Source: Escherichia coli
Lineage (GTDB): Bacteria > Pseudomonadota > Gammaproteobacteria > Enterobacterales > Enterobacteriaceae
Reading direction: 5' to 3' (one strand)
Assembly (NCBI RefSeq): GCF_003018255.1
Contig: NZ_CP027440.1
Length of the DNA stretch: 64,000 nt
Shown here piece by piece: positions 28,495-39,584 of this stretch; positions within the stretch are counted from its first letter, which is position 1, and each line of letters opens with the position of its first letter. The translations under genes were made by a program, and so were the position numbers. The notes beneath the pieces were generated by a model. That model had not been told where the DNA came from, made no database searches, and saw only the letters and a program-made list of their open reading frames with translations.

Positions 28495-29232
28495 TTAATA
28501 CTCTTTACCCGTTACCCGGCTACGGTAGCTATCCCAGTTGAAGATCACCCACAAACTGTTACCCAGGCGCATACGGTCCATCACGCGTTCGCCCAGCAAC
28601 TTGGTCATCTCTTCCATATTACTGTTGGTCAGCATCCCGGTTGGGCGTTTGGAAGAAGAGCGGCGATCGACGATCTGGTTGATGATCACTTTTTCGTATT
28701 TCGATTCGGTCTGCACGCCGATCTCATCGATCACCAGCAGATCAACGTTGCTCAGATCGTTAAGCAGTTGTTCTTCGCTGGTACCGCTATTCCTGAAGGT
28801 ATCTTTCATCGCCGACATAATATCGGCCACGGTGATGATCAATACGGATTTACCGCGTAGCAGCAGCTCGTTGCAGATTGCCGCCGCCAGATGGTTTTTG
28901 CCGGTTCCGGGCTTGCCAGAAAAGATGAAGCTGGCGATGTTGCCGTCAAACTCTTCGACATACTGGCGCGCTTTGCTTAACGCATTCATCTGCCCTTCAC
29001 ACTCAACGCGATAGTTCTCAAAGGAGCAGTTCTGATGCAGTGGACGAATACCGGAGCGGTTAAAGGTGCGCTGCATTTTCATCGCCCGATTTTCACGTTC
29101 GAGAGCGGCGGAGCGGATCGCTCCTTGTTCTTTCTGCCAGGCCAGTAGTTCTTCACCCGTTTTGAACGCAGGTTTGATATGGGCAGGCATCATTTTTTGC
29201 AGGCGTTGCATCAGGTCGCCAACGTTTTTCAT
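28495..29232 (-). CDS. dnaC: DNA replication helicase loader DnaC
   Basis: 245 aa, Walker A GKPGTGKNHL, identical in layout to K-12 DnaC. Confidence 0.96.
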   Translation of the reverse strand: MKNVGDLMQRLQKMMPAHIKPAFKTGEELLAWQKEQGAIRSAALERENRAMKMQRTFNRSGIRPLHQNCSFENYRVECEGQMNALSKARQYVEEFDGNIASFIFSGKPGTGKNHLAAAICNELLLRGKSVLIITVADIMSAMKDTFRNSGTSEEQLLNDLSNVDLLVIDEIGVQTESKYEKVIINQIVDRRSSSKRPTGMLTNSNMEEMTKLLGERVMDRMRLGNSLWVIFNWDSYRSRVTGKEY

Positions 29233-29234
29233 CG

Positions 29235-29774
29235 TTACCCTCTGAATCCTGGTGGAATTTGGCTGTCAGGTTCGCTGACCGTATTCACATCTCGTTTCGG
29301 CAGTCCGCCGTTGCTGGCACGGCCGATTTGCAGGCTGCGCGCCAGTTTTTGTTGCCACTGTACATGGTGAAAGACTTTACCTTCCGCCTGCCAGTAGGCA
29401 ATGAATGAGGCCAGTTCTTCGGTGGTCACCGGCTCTCTTAGCGCCACGCCCCATAGCGCCGCCAGGCGGATAAAGTCGGCATCGGGTTGCCAGTCCGGAT
29501 ACATGGCGAATTTCCCCATGGGTACAGCAACGGGAGCGGCTTGCGGTTCCTGATAGAGTTGATCGTCCAGAGCGACATCGCTTCCCGGACGCGCCAGCTT
29601 TTCTTCCAGCGCCAGCAGTTCAGCCAGGCGTGCAGGCGTGACGGCATAAAACGCCGGGGCGTTGTTGTCAAATACGGCAACCACACCGCCTTCAGCTTTT
29701 GCCAGAACGGTTTGGTGATCGTGTACCAGGGCGTCAATACCAACGACGTCCGGGGTCAAAACTCTGGAAGACAT
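29235..29774 (-). CDS. dnaT: Primosomal protein DnaT
   Basis: [30 protein letters not shown]..., 179 aa from ATG 29774. Confidence 0.95.
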   Translation of the reverse strand: MSSRVLTPDVVGIDALVHDHQTVLAKAEGGVVAVFDNNAPAFYAVTPARLAELLALEEKLARPGSDVALDDQLYQEPQAAPVAVPMGKFAMYPDWQPDADFIRLAALWGVALREPVTTEELASFIAYWQAEGKVFHHVQWQQKLARSLQIGRASNGGLPKRDVNTVSEPDSQIPPGFRG

Positions 29775-29881
29775 ACTGTTTCTCAAATATGGAACGATGA
29801 ACGAGAAGGGAGATAACTTTTATAGTAACACACGGAGGAGAGGAGGCTGTCTCTCATCCGCGTGCTTTAAGTGAGGCAATT

Positions 29882-30355
29882 TTATACGCGAGGGCGCTTG
29901 CGGTACAACCATAATCCAGGAATGGAAAGACCGATGGATAACGCACCAACAATTGATGAAGCTGTAAGAAAGTTGGTTAACAGGGTAATCATCAACGGTT
30001 CGCTGTAACCTAGCTGGCTGATTTTTACCGCCGAAATCATTGCGGTATAAGCCGATATGCCAGGGAACATAGGAATAACAGCCGCCACGGTAAACACTTT
30101 CGGATGCGCCAGATACCAGCGCGACCATTGAATACCAATGGTGCCGACCAGCATAGAAGCCATAAAAGTTGACCACTCAATATTCAGCCCGCTGGTCATT
30201 AAGATCATTCGGGAACCATGACCTATCGAGCCAAGCAGCGCACACCAGCGTAACGCCCGCACGGGAACGTTGAACACCATCGCAAAGCCGACCGCAGGAA
30301 TGGCGGCGAGGATCATATCCTGCGCCAACGCTAACAGAAATTCGATCACACCCAT
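29882..30355 (-). CDS. yjjB: ThrE-family inner membrane protein (succinate exporter subunit)
   Basis: [24 protein letters not shown]..., 157 aa. It overlaps the yjjP stop by 10 nt. Confidence 0.9.
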
Positions 30356-31116
30356 CCGCGTAGCCCCCAAATCGTCAGTGCCATCACCACGCCGACGCAG
30401 GTAGCCAGTGTCAGCAGACTGGCGATCGCCCAGCGTGCCAGTCCGGTATTGATGTGGCCTTTAAACATATCGGCGACGGCATTAATCAACGGAAAACCCG
30501 GCACCAGCAGCAGAACGCTGGCGGCCATCGCGATAGTGGGTGTATTGCTGAAAGTGGGAAGTTGCAAAAGCAAACCGGAAATGGTGGTGGCGGCGAAAGC
30601 GGTGAGGCAAAAGTTGATCTGTGGATGAAGATGACGTTGTGCCAGCAGCTGGCGGATATACATCGCGACCGTACTGGCAAAGAAGGTGATGACGGCACCA
30701 TCCCAGCCACCTTTATTGAGTTTACAGAAACAGGCGCAAGAAAGGCCGACCATTAAGGCTACCAGCCATCTCGGGTAACGTAATGGCTGAATTTGGCTAA
30801 ATCGTTTCTCTACACCTTTGTAATCCAGCAGATGATGCTCCGCCAGAATCACAATGTGCTGGACTTCAGTCACCACATGCATATTAATGCCGCGATCGTG
30901 ATTTTTTCGTGTCGATGTCAGGCATTGCCCATCTTTAATGGTTGTCAGCACTATGGCGTTCGAAGAGATAGAACTTTCGACGCTGTCCATTCCCAACGCC
31001 CGACCCAGTCGTGAGGAAAGCTCATCAACCAACGCGCTTTCCGCACCATGTTGCAAAAGAAATAATCCACACTGGATACAAAGCCGTGTTACGGCTCGCT
31101 GTTGCTCAGTTTGCAT
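30346..31116 (-). CDS. yjjP: ThrE-family inner membrane protein
   Basis: [27 protein letters not shown]..., 256 aa from ATG 31116. Confidence 0.9.
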
Positions 31117-31734
31117 AACTCGCCCTTTGTCATAGACGTGCTGCGTATTGTTCAGATAATGAGAATCCATTTGTATCATGAAGCACGGTTGTTTTGCGGC
31201 AGGTTAAGATCAAAATTGCGCTGATTAATCCTGGTTATCGGGAGAAGCTCGGTGTTAAAAAGCGAATTATCTCTCGTCGCAAACAAATTATCGCATGAAT
31301 ATTATCACTATAATGAATTTATTGTTTAGCCCTTACGAATCAGGATAAAAGATAACTGGGCGCGTTTTTTAATTTTTACAAGTTAAAACTATCAGATTTT
31401 ATTGAATAAATATTGATTGTGTGATTTTGCATTCTGCTGGAAGGGATATCAGTTAATTATAAATTAAATGAATGAGAATTCTGTTTTTCATTAAGTATTT
31501 CTAACAACTTAATGTAGATATTTTAAATGTCTCCAGGCTATTTCACCAGGTTATCATTTGATGCTAACCTTCTGACACATGCAGTGGAGTTGTTGTGCAG
31601 CAGGAGTATGCTGATATGAAAGTGAATGCTAAGGATAATTTATTCGCTTAATCTATTAATTTGCTGGAAACATTTAAGGAATGAATATCCTGAATAAACC
31701 ATCATGATTTTTAGACAGTGGATGTGGAGGAAAT

Positions 31735-32460
31735 ATGTTGCCAGGATGCTGCAAAAATGGAATTGTTATCAGTAAAATACCTGTTATGCAAGCAGGGTTA
31801 AAAGAGGTCATGAGGACTCACTTCCCTGAATATGAAATAATATCCAGCGCCTCTGCGGAGGACCTTACCTTATTACAATTACGTCGTTCCGGATTAGTCA
31901 TTGCTGATTTAGCCGGTGAAAGTGAAGATCCACGTTCTGTTTGTGAACATTATTATTCTTTAATCTCACAATATCGGGAAATTCACTGGGTTTTCATGGT
32001 GTCACGCTCCTGGTATTCCCAGGCAGTAGAACTGCTTATGTGCCCTACGGCGACGTTATTGTCTGATGTTGAACCCATTGAGAATCTGGTCAAGACCGTA
32101 CGTTCCGGCAATACGCACGCAGAGCGTATCAGCGCCATGCTGACCTCTCCGGCAATGACTGAAACTCATGATTTTAGCTATCGCTCCGTCATTCTCACTC
32201 TTTCAGAGCGCAAGGTACTGCGGCTATTAGGTAAAGGATGGGGCATCAACCAGATAGCTTCATTGCTTAAGAAAAGTAATAAAACTATCAGCGCCCAAAA
32301 AAACAGTGCGATGCGTCGACTGGCAATTCACAGCAACGCTGAAATGTATGCATGGATAAATAGCGCGCAGGGTGCAAGAGAACTTAACTTGCCTTCTGTT
32401 TATGGAGATGCCGCAGAATGGAACACAGCCGAATTAAGAAGAGAAATGTCGCACTCATAG
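31735..32460 (+). CDS. yjjQ: LuxR/FixJ-type transcriptional regulator
   Basis: 241 aa with a C-terminal LuxR HTH ([34 protein letters not shown]). It is preceded by a 550-bp very AT-rich region, which is H-NS silenced in K-12. Confidence 0.93.
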
Positions 32461-33095
32461 AAAAATGCGTCATGAGCAGTATCGGTATTGAGAGTTTATT
32501 CAGAAAGTTTGCGGGTAACCCTTATAAGCTCCATACCTATACCAGTCAGGAGTCATTTCAGGATGCCATGTCGCGGATCTCGTTTGCGGCGGTCATTTTT
32601 TCTTTTTCTGCCATGAGAAGTGAGCGCAGAGAGGGATTATCTTGCCTGACTGAACTGGCGATTAAGTTTCCGCGTACCCGGCGTTTAGTTATTGCGGATG
32701 ATGATATTGAAGCTCGGCTGATTGGTTCATTGTCGCCATCACCGTTGGACGGTGTATTAAGTAAAGCGTCAACGCTGGAGATTTTTCATCAGGAACTCTT
32801 TTTGTCATTAAATGGTGTACGTCAGGCGACCGACCGACTGAACAATCAGTGGTACATTAATCAAAGCCGAACGCTAAGCCCGACGGAGAGAGAAATATTG
32901 CGCTTTATGTCGCGTGGCTACTCAATGACACAAATTGCCGAGCAGCTTAAACGCAATATCAAAACGATCCGTGCACATAAATTTAATGTGATGTCGAAAC
33001 TGGGCGTCAGTTCTGATGCAGGGTTGTTGGAGGCCGCAGATATTCTGTTATGTATGCGGCATTGCGAAGCAAGTAATGTGTTGCATCCCTATTAA
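32418..33095 (+). CDS. bglJ: LuxR-type activator BglJ (RcsB partner)
   Basis: 225 aa, [21 protein letters not shown]... . It overlaps yjjQ by 43 nt. Confidence 0.93.
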
Positions 33096-33131
33096 TCCAC
33101 ATGATGCCGGGTTTACTTCCCCGGCAGTGCT

Positions 33132-33920
33132 TCATTTCAGCGTACAATCGCCACATTGCTGCACATCCGGTAAGCGATAACGCTGGCAGCAAGTGCGGCG
33201 CACCAGCAGGCCGTCGCGCAGTACCACGGTACGCCAGAGTGGATTATCTTCACCGTTCGTGAGCATTTTCTCAAAAAAGAGGGCATGGCGCAGCGATTCA
33301 ACCGTCGCCTCGCCAAGCAGCTGTTTCATCTCAGTCAGATACCAGTTGATCAAATAACCGGTATTGCTCCAGATAAGTTTGCCGTTGATCTCTCCCGTCG
33401 CTTCTAATGCCTGCACTACCGGAACAAGCGCCTGGCTGATTAACGTTTCCATTCGCTGCTGCGGCGAATGTAGTGTTGCGTTTTTATCTTCACACACATC
33501 GACCCAGAAACAGGCGGCGCGTCCGGTTTCGTGAAACTCAACGTGGAAATGTTCCGGCGACACATCTAATGCTTTTTCCTGCGTCAGCAGCGCCAACATT
33601 AATGGTGGCACCATCAGGCCGATATACCATTGTGCCCATAGTGAGATCAGCGGTTTGTTCTCGCGGATCATCAAGGGTTGGTTGCGGTAGATATGATCGG
33701 AATAGACCGCCAGTTGAGAACTTAGCGTATTCGGTGATGACCATTGCGCCAGCGTCATGGCACGGAGCGGTGCGGGTTCATCCAGACGGATAAACTCCAG
33801 CAAATGTTCACGATGTTCGGCGATCGTCGCCCGTACGGCTTGTGCAAGCCCAGCATCCTGCGGCTGGAGATGCGTTCGCCAGATAACATCTTCATAGAGC
33901 GGTGCGGAACGATAGGCCAT
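33132..33920 (-). CDS. fhuF: Ferric-siderophore reductase (2Fe-2S)
   Basis: 262 aa with the C-terminal cluster motif CCQRYRLPDVQQCGDCTL. Confidence 0.95.
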   Translation of the reverse strand: MAYRSAPLYEDVIWRTHLQPQDAGLAQAVRATIAEHREHLLEFIRLDEPAPLRAMTLAQWSSPNTLSSQLAVYSDHIYRNQPLMIRENKPLISLWAQWYIGLMVPPLMLALLTQEKALDVSPEHFHVEFHETGRAACFWVDVCEDKNATLHSPQQRMETLISQALVPVVQALEATGEINGKLIWSNTGYLINWYLTEMKQLLGEATVESLRHALFFEKMLTNGEDNPLWRTVVLRDGLLVRRTCCQRYRLPDVQQCGDCTLK

Positions 33921-33937
33921 AATCGTGATAGTAATCT

Positions 33938-33958
33938 AAATGATAATGATTGCTAATC
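33938..33958. promoter_or_regulatory. Fur box at the fhuF promoter
   Basis: aaatGATAATGATTgCTAATC resembles the consensus GATAATGATAATCATTATC and lies 18 bp upstream of the fhuF start. Confidence 0.7.
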
Positions 33959-34000
33959 CTAGCGATAGGTTTACCCGATAGCAAGGGATTTCTCTGGCTT

Positions 34001-34042
34001 GCAAATGATAAAGATTATCATATGATATTGGTTATCATTATC
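34001..34042. promoter_or_regulatory. Tandem Fur-box-like sequence upstream of yjjZ
   Basis: gcaaATGATAAAGATTATCATATGATATTGGTTATCATTATC contains overlapping GATAAT/ATTATC hexamers. Confidence 0.6.
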
Positions 34043-34060
34043 AATGAAAGAGATGAAACC

Positions 34061-34297
34061 ATGTTGCAACGTACGCTGGGCAGTGGCTGGGGAGTGTTGC
34101 TGCCGGGATTGCTGATTGCAGGGCTGATGTATGCGGATTTATCGCCGGATCAATGGCGGATTATCATTCTGATGGGATTAGTATTGACGCCGGCGATGCT
34201 GTATCACAAACAGTTGCGGCATTACGTTTTGCTGCCATCGTGCCTGGCGCTTATTGCTGGCATCATGCTGATGATAATGAATTTGAAGCAGGGATGA
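34061..34297 (+). CDS. yjjZ: Small membrane protein (78 aa), Fur-regulon
   Basis: MLQRTLGSGWGVLLPGLLIAGLMYADLS... from ATG 34061. The longer track ORF is an upstream extension across the Fur boxes. Confidence 0.85.
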   Translation: MLQRTLGSGWGVLLPGLLIAGLMYADLSPDQWRIIILMGLVLTPAMLYHKQLRHYVLLPSCLALIAGIMLMIMNLKQG

Positions 34298-34335
34298 TAA
34301 AACAGGGAAGAAACAAGAAAGGAAGTAAAGATAAT

Positions 34336-34422
34336 TGGTGCGAGGGGGGGGACTTGAACCCCCACGTCCGTAAGGACACTAACACCTGAAGCTAGCGCGT
34401 CTACCAATTCCGCCACCTTCGC
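34336..34422 (-). tRNA. leuQ: tRNA-Leu(CAG)
   Basis: The reverse complement reads GCGAAGGTGGCGGAATTGGTAGACGCGCTAGCTTCAGGTGTTAGTGTCCTTACGGACGTGGGGGTTCAAGTCCCCCCCCTCGCACCA, 87 nt with an encoded CCA. Confidence 0.97.
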
Positions 34423-34456
34423 ACAGTCATCTTACTTTTTTTGATATTGCCTCGTT

Positions 34457-34543
34457 TGGTGCGAGGGGGGGGACTTGAACCCCCACGTCCGTAAGAACAC
34501 TAACACCTGAAGCTAGCGCGTCTACCAATTCCGCCACCTTCGC
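34457..34543 (-). tRNA. leuP: tRNA-Leu(CAG), variable-arm variant
   Basis: Same 87-nt sequence except plus-strand A at 34496 (G in the other two copies). In the tRNA this is a C to U change in the variable-arm stem, turning a G-C pair into G-U. Confidence 0.95.
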
Positions 34544-34571
34544 CCAGTGCGAGCAATATCAACGTGGTTTT

Positions 34572-34658
34572 TGGTGCGAGGGGGGGGACTTGAACCCCCA
34601 CGTCCGTAAGGACACTAACACCTGAAGCTAGCGCGTCTACCAATTCCGCCACCTTCGC
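34572..34658 (-). tRNA. leuV: tRNA-Leu(CAG)
   Basis: Identical to the 34336-34422 copy and first gene of the operon. The spacers of 28 and 34 nt match my memory of K-12. Confidence 0.97.
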
Positions 34659-34694
34659 ATACCGTCAATTCTTAAAAAGAATTGCTACCACGGA

Positions 34695-34730
34695 GGCGCA
34701 TTCTAGTGGTTTTCAGCTTTTCGTCAATAG
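34695..34730 (-). promoter_or_regulatory. leuV operon promoter
   Basis: The minus strand reads TTGACG (34727-34722), a 16-nt spacer, TAGAAT (34705-34700), then the GC-rich discriminator GCGCCTCC typical of stringently controlled stable-RNA promoters. Confidence 0.65.
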
Positions 34731-34794
34731 TTAATTATCGACAGAGGTGTAATTGCTGGAAAAATGTCCATCAGCGGATTGTGGATAATTCGTT

Positions 34795-34830
34795 TGTCGG
34801 TCAGATAAGGCGTGTACGCCGCATCCGACA
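34795..34830. repeat. Degenerate REP element
   Basis: tgtcggtcagataaggcgtgtacgccgcatccgaca resembles the REP consensus GCCGGATAAGGCGTTTACGCCGCATCCGGC. Confidence 0.6.
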
Positions 34831-34857
34831 CGGTATGCGGCGATATATATCAGATAC

Positions 34858-35889
34858 TCAACCTTTCTTCGCCTGGCGGGTCATAATGGCGCGATACACC
34901 TTGAAGCGCCCGGTTTGCGCGATCACTTCGTGGAAGCCAAATGTCTCATCCAGCACGTCCGGATAAGGCAGGAAGGCGTTCGCTACAATTCGCAGCTCGC
35001 CGCCGCTATTAAGATGACGCACCGCGCCGCGAATCAGCGTTTGCGCGGCATCCAGGCTGGTTTGCATCCCATCGTGGAACGGCGGGTTGGAGATGATCAT
35101 ATCAAAACGACCTTTCACCTCGGAAAAGACGTTACTGGCAAAGACTTCACCTTCAACACCGTTGGCCGCAAGTGTTGCGCGGCTGGCTTCTACCGCTGGT
35201 GCAGAGACATCGCACAGAGTGAGACGAATTTTCGGCGAATGGCGCGCAAAGGCAACCGAAAGTACGCCCGCGCCACAGCCGACATCCAGCACTTTACCTT
35301 TCGTGTGCGGGGTTAACGTCGAGAGCAGCAACTGGCTACCGACATCCAGACCGTCGCGGCTAAACACGCCAGGCAGCGTTTTGACCGTCAGGCCATCGAC
35401 GCTGTATTCGCCCCAGAATTTATCGGCATCAAATACTGGCTGTTTTTCCAGACGACCAAAATAGAGGCCACAGCGACGAGCGCTGTCCATTTTATTCAAC
35501 GGCGCATAATCTGACAGCATCTGCTCGGCGCTGCGCACGCCGCTGCGGTTCTCGCCAACGACAAAAATATCCGTGCCCACTGGCAGCAGAGAAAGTAAAT
35601 TCATCAACTGGAACTGGGCTTCCGGTTTGTTCTTCGGCCAGTAGTAAATCAGCGTATCGCAATCTGCGACATCATCCGCCGTGGCGACCAGACTAAAACG
35701 GGCGTTATCCCCCATCTGGCGGCTTAACACCTGCCAGTGGTGGAATTGCTGGGTATGAGCACGGCTGGCCGCGGTATCTAAACGCGCGGGCAGGTCATCC
35801 TGTAAGTCTCCGGCAAAAAGAATACGGCTTTGTTCGAAATCATCACTGTGACGCAGCAAGACTTCACTTGCCGGGGTAAATGCAGACAT
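34858..35889 (-). CDS. rsmC: 16S rRNA m2G1207 methyltransferase
   Basis: 343 aa with the motifs [11 protein letters not shown] and NPPFH. It matches K-12 RsmC. Confidence 0.95.
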   Translation of the reverse strand: MSAFTPASEVLLRHSDDFEQSRILFAGDLQDDLPARLDTAASRAHTQQFHHWQVLSRQMGDNARFSLVATADDVADCDTLIYYWPKNKPEAQFQLMNLLSLLPVGTDIFVVGENRSGVRSAEQMLSDYAPLNKMDSARRCGLYFGRLEKQPVFDADKFWGEYSVDGLTVKTLPGVFSRDGLDVGSQLLLSTLTPHTKGKVLDVGCGAGVLSVAFARHSPKIRLTLCDVSAPAVEASRATLAANGVEGEVFASNVFSEVKGRFDMIISNPPFHDGMQTSLDAAQTLIRGAVRHLNSGGELRIVANAFLPYPDVLDETFGFHEVIAQTGRFKVYRAIMTRQAKKG

Positions 35890-35991
35890 GGAATGCTCCT
35901 CAATTAATACTGGCGGCGATTATAGCCATATGTTGGCGCGGTATCGACGAATTTGCTATATTTGCGCCCCTGACAACAGGAGCGATTCGCT

Positions 35992-36405
35992 ATGACATCC
36001 CGACGAGACTGGCAGTTACAGCAACTGGGCATTACCCAGTGGTCGCTGCGTCGCCCTGGCGCGTTGCAGGGGGAGATTGCCATTGCGATCCCGGCACACG
36101 TCCGTCTGGTGATGGTGGCAAACGATCTTCCCGCCCTGACCGATCCTATAGTGAGCGATGTTCTGCGCGCGTTAACCGTCAGCCCCGATCAAGTGCTGCA
36201 ACTGACGCCAGAAAAAATCGCGATGCTGCCGCAAGGCAGTCGCTGCAACAGCTGGCGGTTGGGTACTGACGAACCGCTATCACTGGAAGGCGCTCAGGTG
36301 GCATCACCGGCGCTCACCGAATTACGGGCAAACCCAACGGCACGCGCCGCGTTATGGCAACAAATTTGCACATATGAACACGATTTCTTCCCTCGAAACG
36401 ACTGA
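35992..36405 (+). CDS. holD: DNA polymerase III psi subunit
   Basis: 137 aa, MTSRRDWQLQQLGITQWSLRRPGALQGEIAI... . Confidence 0.95.
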   Translation: MTSRRDWQLQQLGITQWSLRRPGALQGEIAIAIPAHVRLVMVANDLPALTDPIVSDVLRALTVSPDQVLQLTPEKIAMLPQGSRCNSWRLGTDEPLSLEGAQVASPALTELRANPTARAALWQQICTYEHDFFPRND

Positions 36406-36820
36406 TTTACCAGCGGCTTACCACATTGAACAACGCGCCCACGCCTTTCCGTGGAGTGAAAAAACCTTTGCCAGCAACCAGGGCGAGCGTTATCTCAACT
36501 TTCAGTTAACGCAAAACGGCAAAATGGCGGCGTTTGCGATTACGCAAGTGGTGCTGGATGAAGCTACATTGTTCAATATTGCGGTCGATCCTGACTATCA
36601 GCGTCAGGGATTGGGAAGGGCGCTGCTGGAACATCTGATCGACGAACTGGAAAAACGCGGCGTGGCGACGCTATGGCTGGAAGTCCGTGCTTCAAACGCT
36701 GCCGCCATTGCCCTGTACGAAAGTTTAGGCTTTAACGAGGCGACAATTCGCCGCAATTACTACCCCACCACGGACGGTCGCGAAGACGCCATCATCATGG
36801 CGTTGCCAATCAGTATGTAA
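36374..36820 (+). CDS. rimI: Ribosomal protein S18 alanine N-acetyltransferase (GNAT)
   Basis: 148 aa with the GNAT motif [14 protein letters not shown]. It overlaps holD by 32 nt. Confidence 0.95.
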   Translation: MNTISSLETTDLPAAYHIEQRAHAFPWSEKTFASNQGERYLNFQLTQNGKMAAFAITQVVLDEATLFNIAVDPDYQRQGLGRALLEHLIDELEKRGVATLWLEVRASNAAAIALYESLGFNEATIRRNYYPTTDGREDAIIMALPISM

Positions 36821-36834
36821 GACAAGGTGGAATA

Positions 36835-37512
36835 ATGAAGTGGGACTGGATTTTCTTTGATGCCGATGAAACGCTGTTTACCTTTGACTCATTCACCGGC
36901 TTGCAGCGGATGTTTCTTGATTACAGCGTCACCTTTACCGCTGAAGATTTTCAGGACTATCAGGCCGTTAACAAGCCACTGTGGGTGGATTATCAAAACG
37001 GCGCGATCACTTCATTACAGCTTCAGCACGGGCGGTTTGAGAGCTGGGCCGAACGGCTGAACGTCGAGCCGGGTAAACTCAACGAAGCCTTTATTAATGC
37101 GATGGCGGAAATCTGTACGCCACTGCCGGGCGCGGTTTCTCTGCTTAACGCCATTCGTGGCAACGCTAAAATTGGCATCATCACCAACGGCTTTAGCGCC
37201 TTGCAGCAAGTGCGTCTGGAACGCACGGGCCTGCGTGATTATTTCGATTTGCTGGTGATTTCCGAAGAAGTTGGCGTTGCCAAACCGAATAAGAAAATTT
37301 TCGATTATGCGCTGGAACAGGCAGGCAATCCTGACCGTTCACGTGTGCTGATGGTTGGCGACACAGCTGAGTCCGATATTCTCGGTGGCATCAACGCCGG
37401 GCTTGCGACCTGCTGGCTGAATGCGCACAATCGCGAGCAACCAGAAGGCATCGCGCCCACCTGGACCGTTTCTTCGTTGCACGAACTGGAGCAGCTCCTG
37501 TGTAAACACTGA
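36835..37512 (+). CDS. yjjG: HAD-family pyrimidine 5'-nucleotidase
   Basis: 225 aa with the HAD motif I FFDADETL. Confidence 0.94.
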   Translation: MKWDWIFFDADETLFTFDSFTGLQRMFLDYSVTFTAEDFQDYQAVNKPLWVDYQNGAITSLQLQHGRFESWAERLNVEPGKLNEAFINAMAEICTPLPGAVSLLNAIRGNAKIGIITNGFSALQQVRLERTGLRDYFDLLVISEEVGVAKPNKKIFDYALEQAGNPDRSRVLMVGDTAESDILGGINAGLATCWLNAHNREQPEGIAPTWTVSSLHELEQLLCKH

Positions 37513-37602
37513 TTGCCTCCCCCCCGTTGATGGGTAAAATAGCCGCAATTTTTCGTTTTCAACAAGCGCGGCGCGATGCCGCTTACTCAAGAAGAAAGAA
37601 TT

Positions 37603-39192
37603 ATGACGTTGTCTCCTTATTTGCAAGAGGTGGCGAAGCGCCGCACTTTTGCCATTATTTCTCACCCGGACGCCGGTAAGACTACCATCACCGAGAAGGT
37701 GCTGCTGTTCGGACAGGCCATTCAGACCGCCGGTACAGTAAAAGGCCGTGGTTCCAACCAGCACGCTAAGTCGGACTGGATGGAGATGGAAAAGCAGCGT
37801 GGGATCTCCATTACTACGTCTGTGATGCAGTTTCCGTATCACGATTGCCTGGTTAACCTGCTCGACACCCCGGGGCACGAAGACTTCTCGGAAGATACCT
37901 ATCGTACCCTGACGGCGGTGGACTGCTGCCTGATGGTTATCGACGCCGCAAAAGGTGTTGAAGATCGTACCCGTAAGCTGATGGAAGTTACCCGTCTGCG
38001 CGACACGCCGATCCTCACCTTTATGAACAAACTTGACCGTGATATCCGCGACCCGATGGAGCTGCTCGATGAAGTTGAGAACGAGCTGAAAATCGGCTGC
38101 GCACCGATCACCTGGCCGATTGGCTGCGGCAAGCTGTTTAAAGGCGTTTACCACCTTTATAAAGATGAAACCTATCTCTATCAGAGCGGTAAAGGCCACA
38201 CGATTCAGGAAGTCCGCATTGTTAAAGGGCTGAATAACCCGGATCTCGACGCTGCGGTTGGTGAAGATCTGGCACAGCAGCTACGTGACGAACTGGAGCT
38301 GGTGAAAGGCGCGTCTAACGAGTTCGACAAAGAGCTGTTCCTTGCGGGCGAAATCACTCCGGTATTCTTCGGTACTGCGCTGGGTAACTTCGGCGTTGAT
38401 CATATGCTGGATGGCCTGGTGGAGTGGGCTCCTGCGCCGATGCCGCGTCAGACTGATACCCGTACCGTAGAGGCGAGCGAAGACAAATTTACCGGCTTCG
38501 TATTTAAAATTCAGGCCAACATGGACCCGAAACACCGCGACCGCGTGGCGTTTATGCGTGTGGTGTCCGGTAAATATGAAAAAGGCATGAAGCTGCGCCA
38601 GGTGCGTACTGCGAAAGATGTGGTGATCTCCGACGCGCTGACCTTTATGGCGGGTGACCGTTCGCACGTTGAAGAAGCGTATCCTGGCGATATCCTTGGT
38701 CTGCACAACCACGGCACCATTCAGATCGGCGACACCTTTACCCAGGGTGAGATGATGAAGTTCACCGGTATTCCGAACTTCGCGCCAGAACTGTTCCGTC
38801 GTATCCGCCTGAAAGATCCGCTGAAGCAAAAACAGCTGCTTAAAGGGCTGGTACAGCTTTCCGAAGAGGGCGCGGTGCAGGTGTTCCGTCCGATCTCCAA
38901 CAACGATCTGATCGTTGGTGCGGTTGGTGTGCTGCAGTTTGATGTGGTGGTAGCGCGTCTGAAGAGCGAATACAACGTTGAAGCAGTGTATGAGTCAGTC
39001 AACGTTGCCACTGCCCGCTGGGTAGAATGTGCGGACGCGAAGAAATTCGAAGAGTTCAAGCGTAAGAACGAAAGCCAACTGGCGCTTGATGGCGGCGATA
39101 ACCTCGCTTACATCGCTACCAGCATGGTCAACCTGCGCCTGGCGCAGGAACGTTATCCAGACGTTCAGTTCCACCAGACCCGCGAGCATTAA
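37603..39192 (+). CDS. prfC: Peptide chain release factor 3 (GTPase)
   Basis: [28 protein letters not shown]..., with the G-domain motifs AGKT, DTPGH and NKLD. 529 aa from ATG 37603. Confidence 0.96.
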
Positions 39193-39584
39193 TTCTTGCC
39201 TCCAGGGCGCGGTAGCCGCTGCGCCCTGTCAATTTCCCTTCCTTATTAGCCGCTTACGGAATGTTCTTAAAACATTCACTTTTGCTTATGTTTTCGCTGA
39301 TATCCCGAGCGGTTTCAAAATTGTGATCTATATTTAACAAAGTAATGACATTTCTGACGGCGTTAAATACCGTTCAATGCGTAGATATCAGTATCTAAAG
39401 CCGTCGATTGTCATTCTACCGATATTAATAACTGATTCAGAGGCTGTAATGGTCGTTATTCATCACCCATCGCTTTTGTGATGGCGGCCATTGACTTCTG
39501 TAGAGGGTGAAGTCTCTCCCTATTCAGCAATGCAACCTCGTGTTGCCAGGCTCAAATTACGAGCAAACATACAGGAATAAATCG

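Noticed and set aside
29820-30176. 118-aa minus-strand ORF inside yjjB
   Set aside because: It is an alternative frame of the conserved yjjB membrane protein with no independent support.
31180-31734. A 550-bp AT-rich gap upstream of yjjQ, considered as a possible missing gene or sRNA
   Set aside because: I found no ORF with a Shine-Dalgarno. The same long AT-rich region exists in K-12, where it is the H-NS-silenced yjjQ-bglJ promoter region.
34153-34416. 78-aa plus-strand and 64-aa minus-strand ORFs running into the tRNA cluster
   Set aside because: They overlap yjjZ out of frame and the tRNA-Leu gene, so they are not credible as coding.
34336-34658. Three evenly spaced 87-bp repeats that could superficially resemble a short CRISPR-like array
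   Set aside because: They fold as canonical tRNA-Leu with a CAG anticodon and an encoded CCA. The 34/28-nt spacers match the known leuQPV operon, and no cas genes are present.
37339-38199. 286-aa minus-strand ORF
   Set aside because: It is antisense to the prfC G-domain. The sequence is R/H/Q-rich and has no recognisable fold. It is a shadow ORF.
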